Assembly: GCA_964202055.1 (NCBI GenBank)
Contig: CAXNGS010000001.1
Span: 358,439-422,438 of the forward strand
Source of the DNA: Bdellovibrionota bacterium
GTDB taxonomy: Bacteria; Bdellovibrionota; UBA2428
Reading direction: 5' to 3'
Length of the DNA stretch: 64,000 nucleotides
Made by a program: the position numbers and the translations under genes. The notes beneath the pieces were generated by a model. That model searched no databases. It saw nothing but the letters and a program-made list of their open reading frames with translations, and was not told the origin of the DNA. Positions 19,082 through 29,900 of the stretch are shown here, in pieces (position 1 is the first letter of the stretch; every line of letters begins with the position of its first letter).

Positions 19082-20071
19082 ACAATCGCTGTTTTTATCG
19101 GGATCATTAGACAGTCGGAATCGCAGAACTTTGGCGCTACGAATCAATGCAATCGAAGCACAGAAGCGGTTGAAGGCCACCGGGATCAATTTTAACAAGC
19201 CGCTGGGGCTGCGGCTGAGCACCAATTCCGCAACTTGAGGAATTCCAATTCCAATGACCATGTCTTTAAACAATGCCACGAGTCCCCAAATAGGGGCAAC
19301 GGAATCAATACTTGGTTCATGATGGCTGGCTTTTCGACTGCCCAAAAAAATAAAAGCAACTTTTCGAGCTTCCGAACTTGCGATGCTTTTTGGGGGAAGC
19401 TGACGAATGCTGACTAATTTTTTATCGCCGTGATGACGGCGAATGAATTTTTGGCTGGACCAGGGAATGACTGCGTCCTTGGTAAAGGCCATTCGCATGG
19501 GGAAGGGCAAAACTTGGCCCAGTCGGTTAATGATCGGCGTGTCGTCGGATAAGAGGCTCAATGGGTGTTTAGTTAGTAGGTTAATGGCGAGTGTGCTTTT
19601 ACCTCCGCCACTTGGCAGCAAGATCAAAAAACTCTCATTTTTTGCAGTCACAAAAGCGGCGGCGTGAACCCGAAAAAGTTTAATTTGGTCGAGCCTTTCG
19701 CCAATTTTGCTCTGCAAAAAAAGATAAGCCAGTTCATGCAGCAGATCCGGATTTTCTGATTCAAGTTCGGCTTCGATGCAGGGGCCTGACTTGATCCAAA
19801 TTCGGGCACTGCCGTCATAGTCGATGATTTGGTCGCAGCCTGTTTGATCTAATGGTTGGTAAACATTTGCCGATCGAAAGCGATGGGTGATTTTGGCCGA
19901 GGGCATCGGAGTCGGTGCTTGTTTTTTGATGCGAAGTTTGATTTGAAGCTCGGAAATTTTCTCATCGGTAAAGTGAATGAAATCCTCGGCGATCAACTCA
20001 CTTAAGGCGCCGGAAATCGACACCCCAATCCCATAGATTTGAAAGTTGCAAATATGGGGGGCGGCGGTCAT
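19034..20071 (-). CDS. HPrK-related P-loop kinase
   Basis: VHAAAF, Walker A PSGGGKST, LLSDD, PFP. Confidence 0.75.
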   Translation of the reverse strand: MTAAPHICNFQIYGIGVSISGALSELIAEDFIHFTDEKISELQIKLRIKKQAPTPMPSAKITHRFRSANVYQPLDQTGCDQIIDYDGSARIWIKSGPCIEAELESENPDLLHELAYLFLQSKIGERLDQIKLFRVHAAAFVTAKNESFLILLPSGGGKSTLAINLLTKHPLSLLSDDTPIINRLGQVLPFPMRMAFTKDAVIPWSSQKFIRRHHGDKKLVSIRQLPPKSIASSEARKVAFIFLGSRKASHHEPSIDSVAPIWGLVALFKDMVIGIGIPQVAELVLSRSPSGLLKLIPVAFNRFCASIALIRSAKVLRFRLSNDPDKNSDCLMQFIKMQGRQDRAL

Positions 20072-20086
20072 AATTTAAGAAAATCT

Positions 20087-21124
20087 ATGCATGAAAAGCG
20101 CAATATACAAGTTAGCGTCGTCATTTTAGCTCATCGACGACTGACGATGTTGATGCGAGCCGTTGAATCGCTGCGGAAAAATTTTAAAACAGAAAATTGG
20201 GAATTGATCATCATTGGCAATGGTTGCGATCAAGCGATCATTGAGTACGCTAAAGCTTTGGATCTAAAAAATTATTCATTTGTCCAAGTTAAGGAATGCA
20301 CCCCGGGCGAAGCTCGCAATTTGGCGATTGCTAAATCTCAAGGGGAAATTCTGCTATTTTTAGACGATGACATTCAAGTGATGAATGACATGATCGAGCC
20401 GATCCTGCAAATTTTTCAGGATTCCAGCATTGCCGCCGCGGGTGGCGCGAATCTGACTCCGCCCCATAGTAAAATTTTAGCGCGAGCCAGCGGCTATGTT
20501 TTTGAGTCTTGGTTTGGAATGGCGGGGATGCATCGGCGCTATAAGCAAAATTCGAAAACTTTTGAAGCCAATGAGCATTCCTTAATTCTCTGCAGTTTGG
20601 CCGTTCGCAAATCAGCTATTTTAGAAAAATTTCCATCGGGCATGATTTCCAACGAAGAAAATGTACTCTTGCAAAGAATTTCAGGGCGTGGCCTGAAATC
20701 CATGCATTGCCCGCAGCTCTCGGTTTATCACGAGCGAAGAAGTACAATTACCTCCATTTTTAGCCAAGTCTTTAAATATGGATTTGGCCGTGCCCAAAAT
20801 ATCTTTAGGGTGCCAAGTAGCCTGAGCATCATTTATTTCATTCCTTTGATTTGGCTCAGCTATCTCTTGGCGTTAGTCATGGCCTTTCGACATTTTTCGT
20901 TTTGGCCCATCCATTTATATTGGGTGCTCGGTTTGGCTTCCTCGCTTCTTTGCTTCATTCGAAAGGGTGATGGGACCGCATCCTTTTTTCAATTTTTACT
21001 CTATCCGATCGTCCATGCTTCCTATGCACTCGGTTTTTTAGTCGGCCTGCTAGCTGAATTTTTTCGAATCCAACATTTTATTTTGGGCTCAAACGCTAAA
21101 CCCACTTTGATGAACCAAGACTGA
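20087..21124 (+). CDS. Glycosyltransferase family 2 with C-terminal TM helices
   Basis: VSVVI, ARNLAI..SQGEILLFLDDD, EE, QVFKYGFGR; start taken at ATG 20087. Confidence 0.9.
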   Translation: MHEKRNIQVSVVILAHRRLTMLMRAVESLRKNFKTENWELIIIGNGCDQAIIEYAKALDLKNYSFVQVKECTPGEARNLAIAKSQGEILLFLDDDIQVMNDMIEPILQIFQDSSIAAAGGANLTPPHSKILARASGYVFESWFGMAGMHRRYKQNSKTFEANEHSLILCSLAVRKSAILEKFPSGMISNEENVLLQRISGRGLKSMHCPQLSVYHERRSTITSIFSQVFKYGFGRAQNIFRVPSSLSIIYFIPLIWLSYLLALVMAFRHFSFWPIHLYWVLGLASSLLCFIRKGDGTASFFQFLLYPIVHASYALGFLVGLLAEFFRIQHFILGSNAKPTLMNQD

Positions 21125-21129
21125 AATCG

Positions 21130-22671
21130 ATGATTGGCTTTCTTAAGAAATGGTCTCTGAGGAGTGAATGGTTCATCTGGCTTGTGGCTGCCGCAGCCCT
21201 TCGGCTTTTGGGCGTGAATCGCAAATTATGGTTCGATGAATTTTGTTCGATCAGTTTTGCTGGTGATTCTGACTTTTGGGGCCGGGCCCTTCGTTACAAT
21301 CAGCCGCCGCTTTATTACGGGCTTTTAAAGGGTTGGAGTCTGCTGGGATCAAGTGACTCCATGCTGCGAATCTTTTCATTGCTCTTTGGGCTGCTCATTA
21401 TTTATTTTGTTTTTCATTGGCTCAGTTCGTTTGGGTTGTGGGCGGCTCGATTGGGAACCCTGTTGGCTGTCTCATTACCAAGTTTGATTCACTATTCGCT
21501 AGAGATTCGACCTTATCCTTTGTTGCTTGCGTGCTGTGCCGCGATTTGGTTTTACGCCCATCAAGTGACTATTGGAAAATCAGAAACCTCCGCAAAGTTC
21601 GATCTAAAAATGGGTCCAAAAGTTAGCCCAAAATTTAGTCCAAAAATTTTTCTAGCCACGGCTTTAACTTTTGCGATCATGCTCCATCCAATTGGGGTAT
21701 TTATGTTGCCGGCAGTCTTGGCATTTTTCCTTTGCCAACCCCATTCAAAAAACCGCTTACCGGCAGGATTTGAATATTTTTTAGGAATCCCTGCTTTAGT
21801 TTTTTGCGGAATATTTTTTGTGATTTTAAAGCCACACTCCGCCACTAATTGGTGGGTTCCGGATTCCTTAACTCTTCGATGGGTACTAAAAGCGATCAGA
21901 GGTCTCTTGGGGATTAACCAATTGAAGCCTTCGGGAGTTTGGCTTTGGCCATTTGGCTTGATTGCTTTGATATCGTTGCTTGATATTTTGAGGCGACTCT
22001 TTCAAAAAAAAATCTCGGTCGTGATTTCGCTCTTCGCTGCATTTTCAGGCTATTTGTTGCCGCTCGTTGGGTATTCGTTAATTTTTAAACCAATCATTCT
22101 TGGTCGGACTTTGTTGCCGTTGCTTTTGCCAATGATTGCTATCCTTGCCATTCAAATTGCTGAAATTAAAAATTTGAAGTGGCGGTGGCTGACATCTTCT
22201 TTGCTTGTAATCTTTGCTGGGATTTTGGCGGGATCTTGGGTTGATTTTAGAGGCCGTGCTTATCGGGAAAATTGGGACAATGCTTTTTATAATCTTTCCC
22301 AAGAGTGGCACAGTGGGGATTTGCTAGTTTATTACGGCAGCGAATTGGGTTACCAATCCATTGACTCTCGGTACTTTCCGCTGAGGACGTTTGAGAAAAT
22401 CATTTTTTCAGACACTGATTACGATTTTGCTGACATGAAAAAAAGAATCGAGTTGGCATTGTATGGAATGAGCACAGGGAAAATAAACACCAGCGGAAAA
22501 ATACAGGATCCTTCTTGTAATGTTTTTGTGATGTTCATGATTTCTAAAAAAGCTGCCCGAGTTGAGTGGCAAACAGAGCGGAGAATCTTTGAGCGGATGC
22601 TCGGACCTAGTCAGGTGCTTTCAAAAAATCCTTGGCTGCTAAGGTTTAGTTGCCCGAATGAGCTTCGCTAG
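21130..22671 (+). CDS. GT-C fold (ArnT/PMT-like) membrane glycosyltransferase
   Basis: LWFDE, QPPLYY, LRIFSLLFG, EIRPY; about 11 TM segments. Confidence 0.8.
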   Translation: MIGFLKKWSLRSEWFIWLVAAAALRLLGVNRKLWFDEFCSISFAGDSDFWGRALRYNQPPLYYGLLKGWSLLGSSDSMLRIFSLLFGLLIIYFVFHWLSSFGLWAARLGTLLAVSLPSLIHYSLEIRPYPLLLACCAAIWFYAHQVTIGKSETSAKFDLKMGPKVSPKFSPKIFLATALTFAIMLHPIGVFMLPAVLAFFLCQPHSKNRLPAGFEYFLGIPALVFCGIFFVILKPHSATNWWVPDSLTLRWVLKAIRGLLGINQLKPSGVWLWPFGLIALISLLDILRRLFQKKISVVISLFAAFSGYLLPLVGYSLIFKPIILGRTLLPLLLPMIAILAIQIAEIKNLKWRWLTSSLLVIFAGILAGSWVDFRGRAYRENWDNAFYNLSQEWHSGDLLVYYGSELGYQSIDSRYFPLRTFEKIIFSDTDYDFADMKKRIELALYGMSTGKINTSGKIQDPSCNVFVMFMISKKAARVEWQTERRIFERMLGPSQVLSKNPWLLRFSCPNELR

Positions 22672-23790
22672 ATGTTGTGCAATTTTTTGGGCTACTAGCT
22701 CGTTGCCGTTCGGTGAGACGTGATAGCCATCAATGTAGAAATGTTGATCACCATTAAAGACGTCGCTAAAATCAAGATATGGAAACTTATGGCTTTTAAG
22801 GGCTTGGCGAATGGCGGGATACACCGCGTTGAATTGATTTCGCAAATCGCTATCTTCGGTCACAAGTTTTAGATGCTGCAAATTAGGTTGTCCGGTGTAC
22901 GCCGACGCTTGGAGTATGGCGCTAAACTTAGCGCCATTTGATTCTGCGATAAAACGAGCTGTCTTCCAGTCGTTAACTAATCCTTCGGCAATTTTTTGCG
23001 TTTTAATTGAGTCGATGTCACAAGAATATTTTGCTGCGGGCGTTGAAGGAATGTAAATCGAGGCGAAAAGTTTTTGTAACACTTGCGTTGATGGTGCAAA
23101 AACTTGCCATAACGATTGGCTCGAAAGTCGAAAGTTTTCTTCAATTTGCCAGCGAATTTTTCCTTCATAGGCGGTGCTGAAGGGAGTTTGCATGGAGCGG
23201 CATTTATGAAGAACTTCATTGACCCCGTCATAAAAAATTACGTTTTGGGGGCGACCTCCATCAAGGTAAGCTTTCATTAATAAATTTAAATTCTGATGGG
23301 CAACGTAGCCCGACTCACCAAAATTGAAAGTTGGGGACTGGGTGGCTTGTTCTAAAAATGCAGGAATGCTTTCAAAGTCACGTGCGCCGCTTCCCCAGAT
23401 AGTTGAACCGCCAAAGACCCAAATTTTTGAATCCTGAAGAATTGAAATTTTAGCAGAGGAATTTTGTCGATAGCCTAGTGGATCGACGTTAATGGTTTTC
23501 CCGCTAAAGGGCTTTCGCCGCCAACCAATGTAATCGAAATACGTCGAAGTTAATTGATCAAATTCCTTAAAATGCTCGCCGGCCCATTTCGAATTTTCAT
23601 AATTTGGCAATAGCGCGCGGGGATCTTCCTTTGTTTTTGAATTAAAAAGACCAATTTTTTTAACAGCTGTTTGTAAATATCGAAAAGCATCAGAAAGCGC
23701 AGGGGGGGCCAGTGCCAGAAGAGAAAAACAAAGCAAAAGAACTAGAAAATTGACCAAAATTAATTTAGGCAATTTCTTTGCTCGTATCAT
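22639..23790 (-). CDS. Membrane-anchored SGNH/GDSL hydrolase-like protein
   Basis: FGGSTIWG, NFGESGY, YDGVNE, DGYHVSPNGN. Confidence 0.85.
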   Translation of the reverse strand: MIRAKKLPKLILVNFLVLLLCFSLLALAPPALSDAFRYLQTAVKKIGLFNSKTKEDPRALLPNYENSKWAGEHFKEFDQLTSTYFDYIGWRRKPFSGKTINVDPLGYRQNSSAKISILQDSKIWVFGGSTIWGSGARDFESIPAFLEQATQSPTFNFGESGYVAHQNLNLLMKAYLDGGRPQNVIFYDGVNEVLHKCRSMQTPFSTAYEGKIRWQIEENFRLSSQSLWQVFAPSTQVLQKLFASIYIPSTPAAKYSCDIDSIKTQKIAEGLVNDWKTARFIAESNGAKFSAILQASAYTGQPNLQHLKLVTEDSDLRNQFNAVYPAIRQALKSHKFPYLDFSDVFNGDQHFYIDGYHVSPNGNELVAQKIAQHLAKLIRATKP

Positions 23791-23799
23791 CGCTAAATC

Positions 23800-25386
23800 C
23801 TAACTGCAGGGTTTTTGTTTATCAAGCTGTTGGTCTGTCATTCTATAGAAGTAGACTGGACGTGATTTTTCAAAAAAACAGGCGGCTTTTAGATAATCTT
23901 TAATAAATGTTTTTTGGTACCACATATGATCGCGGCTTTCGAAAGCCAGAATGTCTGGGCGAATTTTTTCTAGATGCTGATGATATCTGATTCCAGTCAT
24001 GATCGGCCATTCGGCAAAAATCACTGAGTGAGGCGGAAGTTTACGAAAAATCAAGCGAACAGTTTTCTCAAAAATCTGAAGATCATGGCGGTCTACTTTG
24101 GTCACGTAGGGGTTATTGGCTTTTAATTGAGCTAAGGGATTTTGCATGGAAATAAAAAGAGTAATAGCCGGAATTCCAATGATTAACTTCTGGAAAACGT
24201 GATGAATTTTTTGGGACTCAATCAAACTTTGCAATCCATGACCGATAAGTAGAAACATCGCGGCGTGTGATAAATTGGATCGGATGACCGGAAGGTTGGC
24301 GCCACTGGCGTAGAATACTAGGCCTTGAAGGAAGATAATCGAGAGCAGGGCCCAGGCTAAATCGGTAAAACCGCTGCGGCGTAGTTGATTAAAGCCTAGC
24401 ACGGTGAAAGGAATAAAAATTCCTAAACTCACTAAAATGGAATCACCAAAAAATTTCAAGCTACGGGCCATACCGAAAGTCCCATCTGAAATTTGGAAAC
24501 CACCTTCTTCGAAACCAAAATAGTTTTGCAGCAGTTTGAAAAGATCTGTTGGGGGAGCGCGAGTACCGAGCCCGGGTTCTATTCTGGCATGATGGCAGGT
24601 GATCCAGGCGACCAAACAAAATCCAAGAGCGTAGCAAAGCAAGCGCCAAAAAAAGATCGTCGAGTCTTGCGGTTTTCGGCTAAATCCTAAATTTCGGTAC
24701 AGCAGAAAAGCGGTTGGCAAAAAGGCCAAGATTGGTGAGTAAAATCCGACAGAACAAGCCGCGAAGAAAAAGAAAAATAAGTGTGGTGGATTTTTTACTG
24801 GCTGCAGGATTTGCGGTGAACGATGGGTGTTGCCAAGGCTTTGGGCGATCATCAAAAGTTGAAGGGCCACCGCTACGTTTGTGACTTCGGTGAAGGTGGC
24901 TTGTGACCAAAAAACAGAGGTGAATGCCAGTTGAAGCGAGGTGAAGAGGGCCCATCTTGGATGAACGCCGGTATGCATTCCGATCCAACTCAATAATCCA
25001 ATCGATGCCGCTGAAAAAAATGCTGACATCAGGTTCATGGAAAAAATTATTGAGTAGTCGAATGCGAAACTGAAAATTTTAGTAAAAATTTTACCAAGCG
25101 CCAAATAAAAAGGGTATCCGCCGCCGTGGGCTAGCTTCAATCTATGGGCTTGTAGTGCGTATTCAGCGCTGTCATCACCGGCAATGCCCGGGGCAAGGGT
25201 CAGCCAATAAAAGTAAAATGGAATGAGAAAGCTTGCTAGTAATACAAAGTTTCGGCGGTATTTTTGCAAAGGGGCACGATCACCTAAAAAGAAAAATTCC
25301 GATGCTAGGCAAAGCGCTAAAAGAGCCATTGAAAAACTAGGAGCTCGTGGAATCTCTGGCCAAAAATCTACACTAAAAACTTCCAC
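23800..25386 (-). CDS. DUF2723 / TMEM260-like membrane glycosyltransferase
   Basis: TLAPGI.GDDSAEY...AH..GYPFY, NLMSAFFSA, FWSQAT..EV. Confidence 0.75.
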   Translation of the reverse strand: MEVFSVDFWPEIPRAPSFSMALLALCLASEFFFLGDRAPLQKYRRNFVLLASFLIPFYFYWLTLAPGIAGDDSAEYALQAHRLKLAHGGGYPFYLALGKIFTKIFSFAFDYSIIFSMNLMSAFFSAASIGLLSWIGMHTGVHPRWALFTSLQLAFTSVFWSQATFTEVTNVAVALQLLMIAQSLGNTHRSPQILQPVKNPPHLFFFFFAACSVGFYSPILAFLPTAFLLYRNLGFSRKPQDSTIFFWRLLCYALGFCLVAWITCHHARIEPGLGTRAPPTDLFKLLQNYFGFEEGGFQISDGTFGMARSLKFFGDSILVSLGIFIPFTVLGFNQLRRSGFTDLAWALLSIIFLQGLVFYASGANLPVIRSNLSHAAMFLLIGHGLQSLIESQKIHHVFQKLIIGIPAITLFISMQNPLAQLKANNPYVTKVDRHDLQIFEKTVRLIFRKLPPHSVIFAEWPIMTGIRYHQHLEKIRPDILAFESRDHMWYQKTFIKDYLKAACFFEKSRPVYFYRMTDQQLDKQKPCS

Positions 25387-25442
25387 TTCTTAAAAGTAAT
25401 GGAAGCTATGTCTTTCCGTCAATTATCATGGATAATGAATGA

Positions 25443-26471
25443 ATGACGCCCTGGTTTGAGTTTCCATTAAACCGAATGGCTTTGTTTTTACCCCGAATCC
25501 TCGGCGCGGCCGTTATCATTGTCGGGATTCTTTCGAATGCAGCGTTTCCTCAAAAAACAATGACTCTTAAGACTCCGATGGGCGGTGACTTCACTTTGCC
25601 GATTTATGGTGGCAAGCTTCGTACCCAAGATTTGCGTGGAAAAAATCTTTTTATATATTTTGGTTTTTCTCGTTGTTCCGATGTATGTCCCCTGACCTTG
25701 CGAAACTTTGCCCAAGCTTTTAAGCAATTGTCGAAAGCTGAGCAAAAGTTAGTCAGAGTGATTTTTATTTCAGTTGATAACGAGCGCGATAACTTGGCTG
25801 GATTAAAAAAATATGTCGAAATTTTTGGCGAGAACTTTACTGCAGGCACTGCTAGCGATTCTGAGCTGAATGCAATTGCCGAAAAATTTGGCGCCCGATT
25901 TGCGCGATTTAAAACCCGAAGTGGATCGCTTTTAGTGGATCACACCGATAGCGTTTTTGTGATCAATAGGGCCGGAGTTTGGACCCACACCTTGGCTCAA
26001 AATTCGACCACCCAGCAAATTGTTAAAACTCTGCACGATTCAAATTTAATCAGTGAAGAACAAGCCTATAAAGATAAGCGAAGTCGCAATGTGGTCATGC
26101 TTGGTGAAAATGCAAATTGTGATCTTGGGGTGAGCGATTGTAAAATTCAGCTAAGTGATAATTTTGGTGATCAAGGCTACATGAGTTTTTCGATAAGCCC
26201 CAAGCCTGTCCGAGTCGCTAAAGACCTTGCGATCATTATCAAAACAAATTCAAAAACGCTTCGCCCTAGCGAGATTGATTTTATCGGTTTGTATCGTAAT
26301 ATGGGTTACATAAGGCCAAAGCTTAATAAAATTGATTCGGAGACTTACAGCGTGGACATAAAGTTTCCGATTTGCGATTTAAAGAAAATGAAGTGGCAGG
26401 CTAATTTGTTAACCAAAGATTCACTAGGCTTTGATTCATCTTTTCTGTTTAACTTGGAAACATCTGATTGA
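25443..26471 (+). CDS. SCO1/SenC copper chaperone fused to a Cys/Met-containing C-terminal domain
   Basis: FGFSRCSDVCP (CxxxC), FISVD.ERD, VDHT; extra domain CDLGVSDC...NMG...PICDLKKMKW. Confidence 0.85.
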   Translation: MTPWFEFPLNRMALFLPRILGAAVIIVGILSNAAFPQKTMTLKTPMGGDFTLPIYGGKLRTQDLRGKNLFIYFGFSRCSDVCPLTLRNFAQAFKQLSKAEQKLVRVIFISVDNERDNLAGLKKYVEIFGENFTAGTASDSELNAIAEKFGARFARFKTRSGSLLVDHTDSVFVINRAGVWTHTLAQNSTTQQIVKTLHDSNLISEEQAYKDKRSRNVVMLGENANCDLGVSDCKIQLSDNFGDQGYMSFSISPKPVRVAKDLAIIIKTNSKTLRPSEIDFIGLYRNMGYIRPKLNKIDSETYSVDIKFPICDLKKMKWQANLLTKDSLGFDSSFLFNLETSD

Positions 26472-26484
26472 AAGTGGAAAAAAA

Positions 26485-26859
26485 ATGAGCAAAAAAAATA
26501 TTGCAGTTTCAGTAGTGATCGTTTTGTTGGTTTTGGTTGCGGCGTTGATCGTCAAGCGAAGGTTGGCCGTTCCAGTAGTGATTCAAGAAAGCAGAGATAA
26601 GAATTTTGATCCAGCGGCCGCCGGTTTAGAAAAGGAATTTGCAGCCTCGAAAGAACGCACTCGCATTGAAGGCGAGCGTTACGTGGCTCAGCAAAAGCAA
26701 GAGGAAATCGCGGCCTTAAAGACCGCGATTGAAGAAGATAAAAAACGCTTGGGAGCACTGGAGAAAAAGGGCTCAGGAATTGATGATTATAAAGTTGTTG
26801 AAGAAAATTTAAAAAATCGTGAGCTCCGACTCAAAGAACTTCTTGGACCTCAAAAATAA
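26485..26859 (+). CDS. Membrane-anchored coiled-coil hypothetical protein
   Basis: N-terminal TM helix then a charged helical region; 13 nt after the SCO stop codon. Confidence 0.65.
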   Translation: MSKKNIAVSVVIVLLVLVAALIVKRRLAVPVVIQESRDKNFDPAAAGLEKEFAASKERTRIEGERYVAQQKQEEIAALKTAIEEDKKRLGALEKKGSGIDDYKVVEENLKNRELRLKELLGPQK

Positions 26860-26942
26860 GCCCTTTGGTTTTTTCTTAATCAATTCTTAATCAAAAATCA
26901 GCCACTCATCCTTAATATTAATTGGGCTTGCGCGCTGAAAAT

Positions 26943-26950
26943 ACCGATAA
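26943..26950 (+). promoter_or_regulatory. sigma28-type -10 box ACCGATAA, 7 nt before the ATG at 26958
   Basis: Same motif and spacing as at 2523 and 30869. Confidence 0.5.
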
Positions 26951-26957
26951 TTAGAGT

Positions 26958-29900
26958 ATGAAAGTTCGTACTTGGGTATTGTCGTTTGCTTTTTTTACAT
27001 CAATGACATCCTTCGCCGCGACCAATGTTAGCTCTATCGCAAAGAGCCCGAACGGGGATTTGATCATTCCTGTTGGGGTAGAAGCCGTTTTGGATAATCC
27101 TGCCGGAGGCGGCAAGTCAATTGACGCAAAAATTTTGCGGATTCAAGGAACTCTCAAATGCCCTAATGATGGTAATTTCTCCATTGTTGCGGAAACGATT
27201 TTGGTCTCGGGCACTTTTGAATGTGGCCGATCTGAAGCTAAATTCAATGGTCGACTCGATATACAATTGAAGGACAATGCTTCAAATCGCCCGCAACGAG
27301 TGGGCTTGCAACCCGAAAACTATCGCGGATTTATCATAGAATCCGGTGGGACTTTGCGACTTCAAGCACCCAGTCCCACGATGATGGTTAAGCTCAACGC
27401 GACTGCTGAAGCCGGTGTTAATCGCATCGTGGTCGATGGCAACATTAGCAATTGGTCGGTCAACGATGAAATCGCCATTTCGACAACTAGTTACGATCCT
27501 TTGGGCCATGAAAAATTTAAGATCTCGCGCATTGAAGGAAATCAAATCACTCTTGATGGCGTAATCCATCACAGGCATTGGGGGAAAATTCAGAGTCTGG
27601 CAGTAGGCGCTCAGGTGCCCCAGATTTTGGATCAACGAGCCGAGGTTGTGAACTTGTCGCGCAAAATTAAAATTTCTCCGCTCGACACCACGGGAAGCTT
27701 AAATTTCTACATTGCAGATTCGCAATTGGGCGCTCACTTGATGGTTCACAATGGCGGAACTTCTAAAATTGATGGCGTCCATTTTGACAGCATGGGCCAG
27801 GCGGGAATTCTGGCCCGTTATCCCATGCATTGGCATGAAGGTGGCGATGGTGGCGATGGTCAATACTTACGCAATTCGGTTGTTGAAAATAGCTTTCAGC
27901 GTTGCGTTGTCATTCACGCTACTAATAAAGTACGAGTAGAAAATAATATTTGTTTAAAATTTCGAGGTCATGGATTCTTTTTTGAAGAAGGAACGGAAGT
28001 CGACAACATCTTAGACGGCAATATCGGAATGGCCGGCATGAAGCCTTTCCTTGAAAATCATTTGCTGCGTTCTGAAGATCCATCAGGTCGCGGGCTAGAC
28101 CAAGATCGATTTGCCCCGGGTTCTGTTTATTGGATTGCTAATCCGCGCACCAAAGTCACGAACAACATTGCCTCGGGTTTTGAAGGCTCTGGATTCTGGA
28201 ATTCCTTTGAGGACAAGAAAGTGGCTATCGACGGTGGAGTCATGGCTATTGATAACATCAACACTCCGGCTGGAAATTTTGCTAATAACGTGGCTCACTC
28301 TGGTAAAGTTGGTTTCACTTGGGATGGAGCGAAAGATTCGAGCGATCATCCGGAGGATGTAACAGCAAATAATCCACTTAACCCTTTTCCCAGTGCAGAA
28401 TCGGAAACCGACGTCGGAGATCGCACGATCGGTGCCCATCATTATAGCCCCACTGCCATTCCAGTTTTTTCAAATTTAGTAGCTTATAAAAACATTAATT
28501 CTGGAATTTACTTTCGGGGCAACACCGCAGTTTACGATCGTGCGGTTTTGGCGGACAACGGTATGTCGTTGTTCTTTGCCTATAATCAAATCACTAAAAA
28601 TTCAGTGATCGTGGGCTTTAGTGAAAACAACGATGCCGAAATTAAAAAATATTTGGTCGATAATCGCAATATGCAGCAAGTCGGGGTTGTGCTTTATGAT
28701 GGACCCTTTGAGTTGGAAAATCTCGATTTTATAAACTTTAATGGTTTATCAACTTACGATAGTAATGCTCAGGTTCCTTTTTGGGGTGGGGGCGGTTCTG
28801 AAAAATTCGTCAACATCACCAGCAAAATTCGCTTCAGTCCCCGGCGCCCGCCGCTAATTGCTTCTTATGGCGAAGCCTGGCCCGAGGTGAAGCACACCAA
28901 TTTGATTCGAGATTTAGATGGCTCATTAACTGGTAAACAGGGGGGCGCGTTGTTGGCGCCGGCTCAAATGATTGCGCGGTCGGCTGAGTGCGTTGACCAG
29001 GCAAGCTTTCCGCTATTCTCGATTTGTCCAGCAGAACCTAAAGTCGGAGTCTTAGAGGGCTCGCTGACTCCGGAAAATGAAACCGGCAACGATAACATTT
29101 GGAAACAGTTTGGTTCGCTTTGGTACGTTGTTAAGCGAAATGATGGGGTTGAATCTTTCCCCGGATCCGATCGTGAAACTTTTGTGGCTAAAGCTAAAGA
29201 CTCCAATGCCTTGCACACTAAAATTTATTTAATCAACGGTCGTAATTTTGCCTATGAGATGATTTTGTTGCCTAATCAACAAGCCGGGATCAAGGAATTT
29301 AATCACACCCGAGGCCGTACTGATTTACGAATAGGCTGGGGCGGGGAAGATCAAAGCGTTGGCCGATCGCCTTTGATAAAAATGACGGGCTTTGGTTCAC
29401 AGTGTCACATCACGGGTGCGACTCGAGTTTCCGCGACCAACACGGCGACTGCAATCCGAGAAATTCTTGGAAGCACGGAAGGCAAATATTATTCAGTCGG
29501 CAATGATTTGTATTTCACGATTGGTGATCCTGGTCACGCGATGAAAAGCACTTTGGCTGGCCAAGGAGTTTCCAAGCAGCGCAATCGCAAAGAGTATGTG
29601 GGTTGCGATGCAAACTTAATCGAAGGTTTTGTTTCTGAACCTTTGCCGCGACCGGAACTGCTTAATTCCAATCAAAGCACCGTTGCTGATGAAGGCACAC
29701 CGCCCGCAGTGATCACGACAACGACCAGCACCACGACTAGCACTGGGAGTGGTAGCACCAGCAACGGAAATAACACAAACACCAATGGTGGCGGCACTGC
29801 TACACCCGCTACCGGAAACACGGGCACAGGATTCTTTGGATTTTTTCGCCGTGGTGTAACTCCGGTTCAAGTCGCAGCATCACCAAATTCCAATTCTGGA

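Noticed and set aside
18014-20071. Lasso peptide biosynthetic cluster
   Set aside because: A kinase and nucleotidyltransferase are present, but no asparagine-synthetase-like cyclase, B protein/RRE or precursor peptide was seen.
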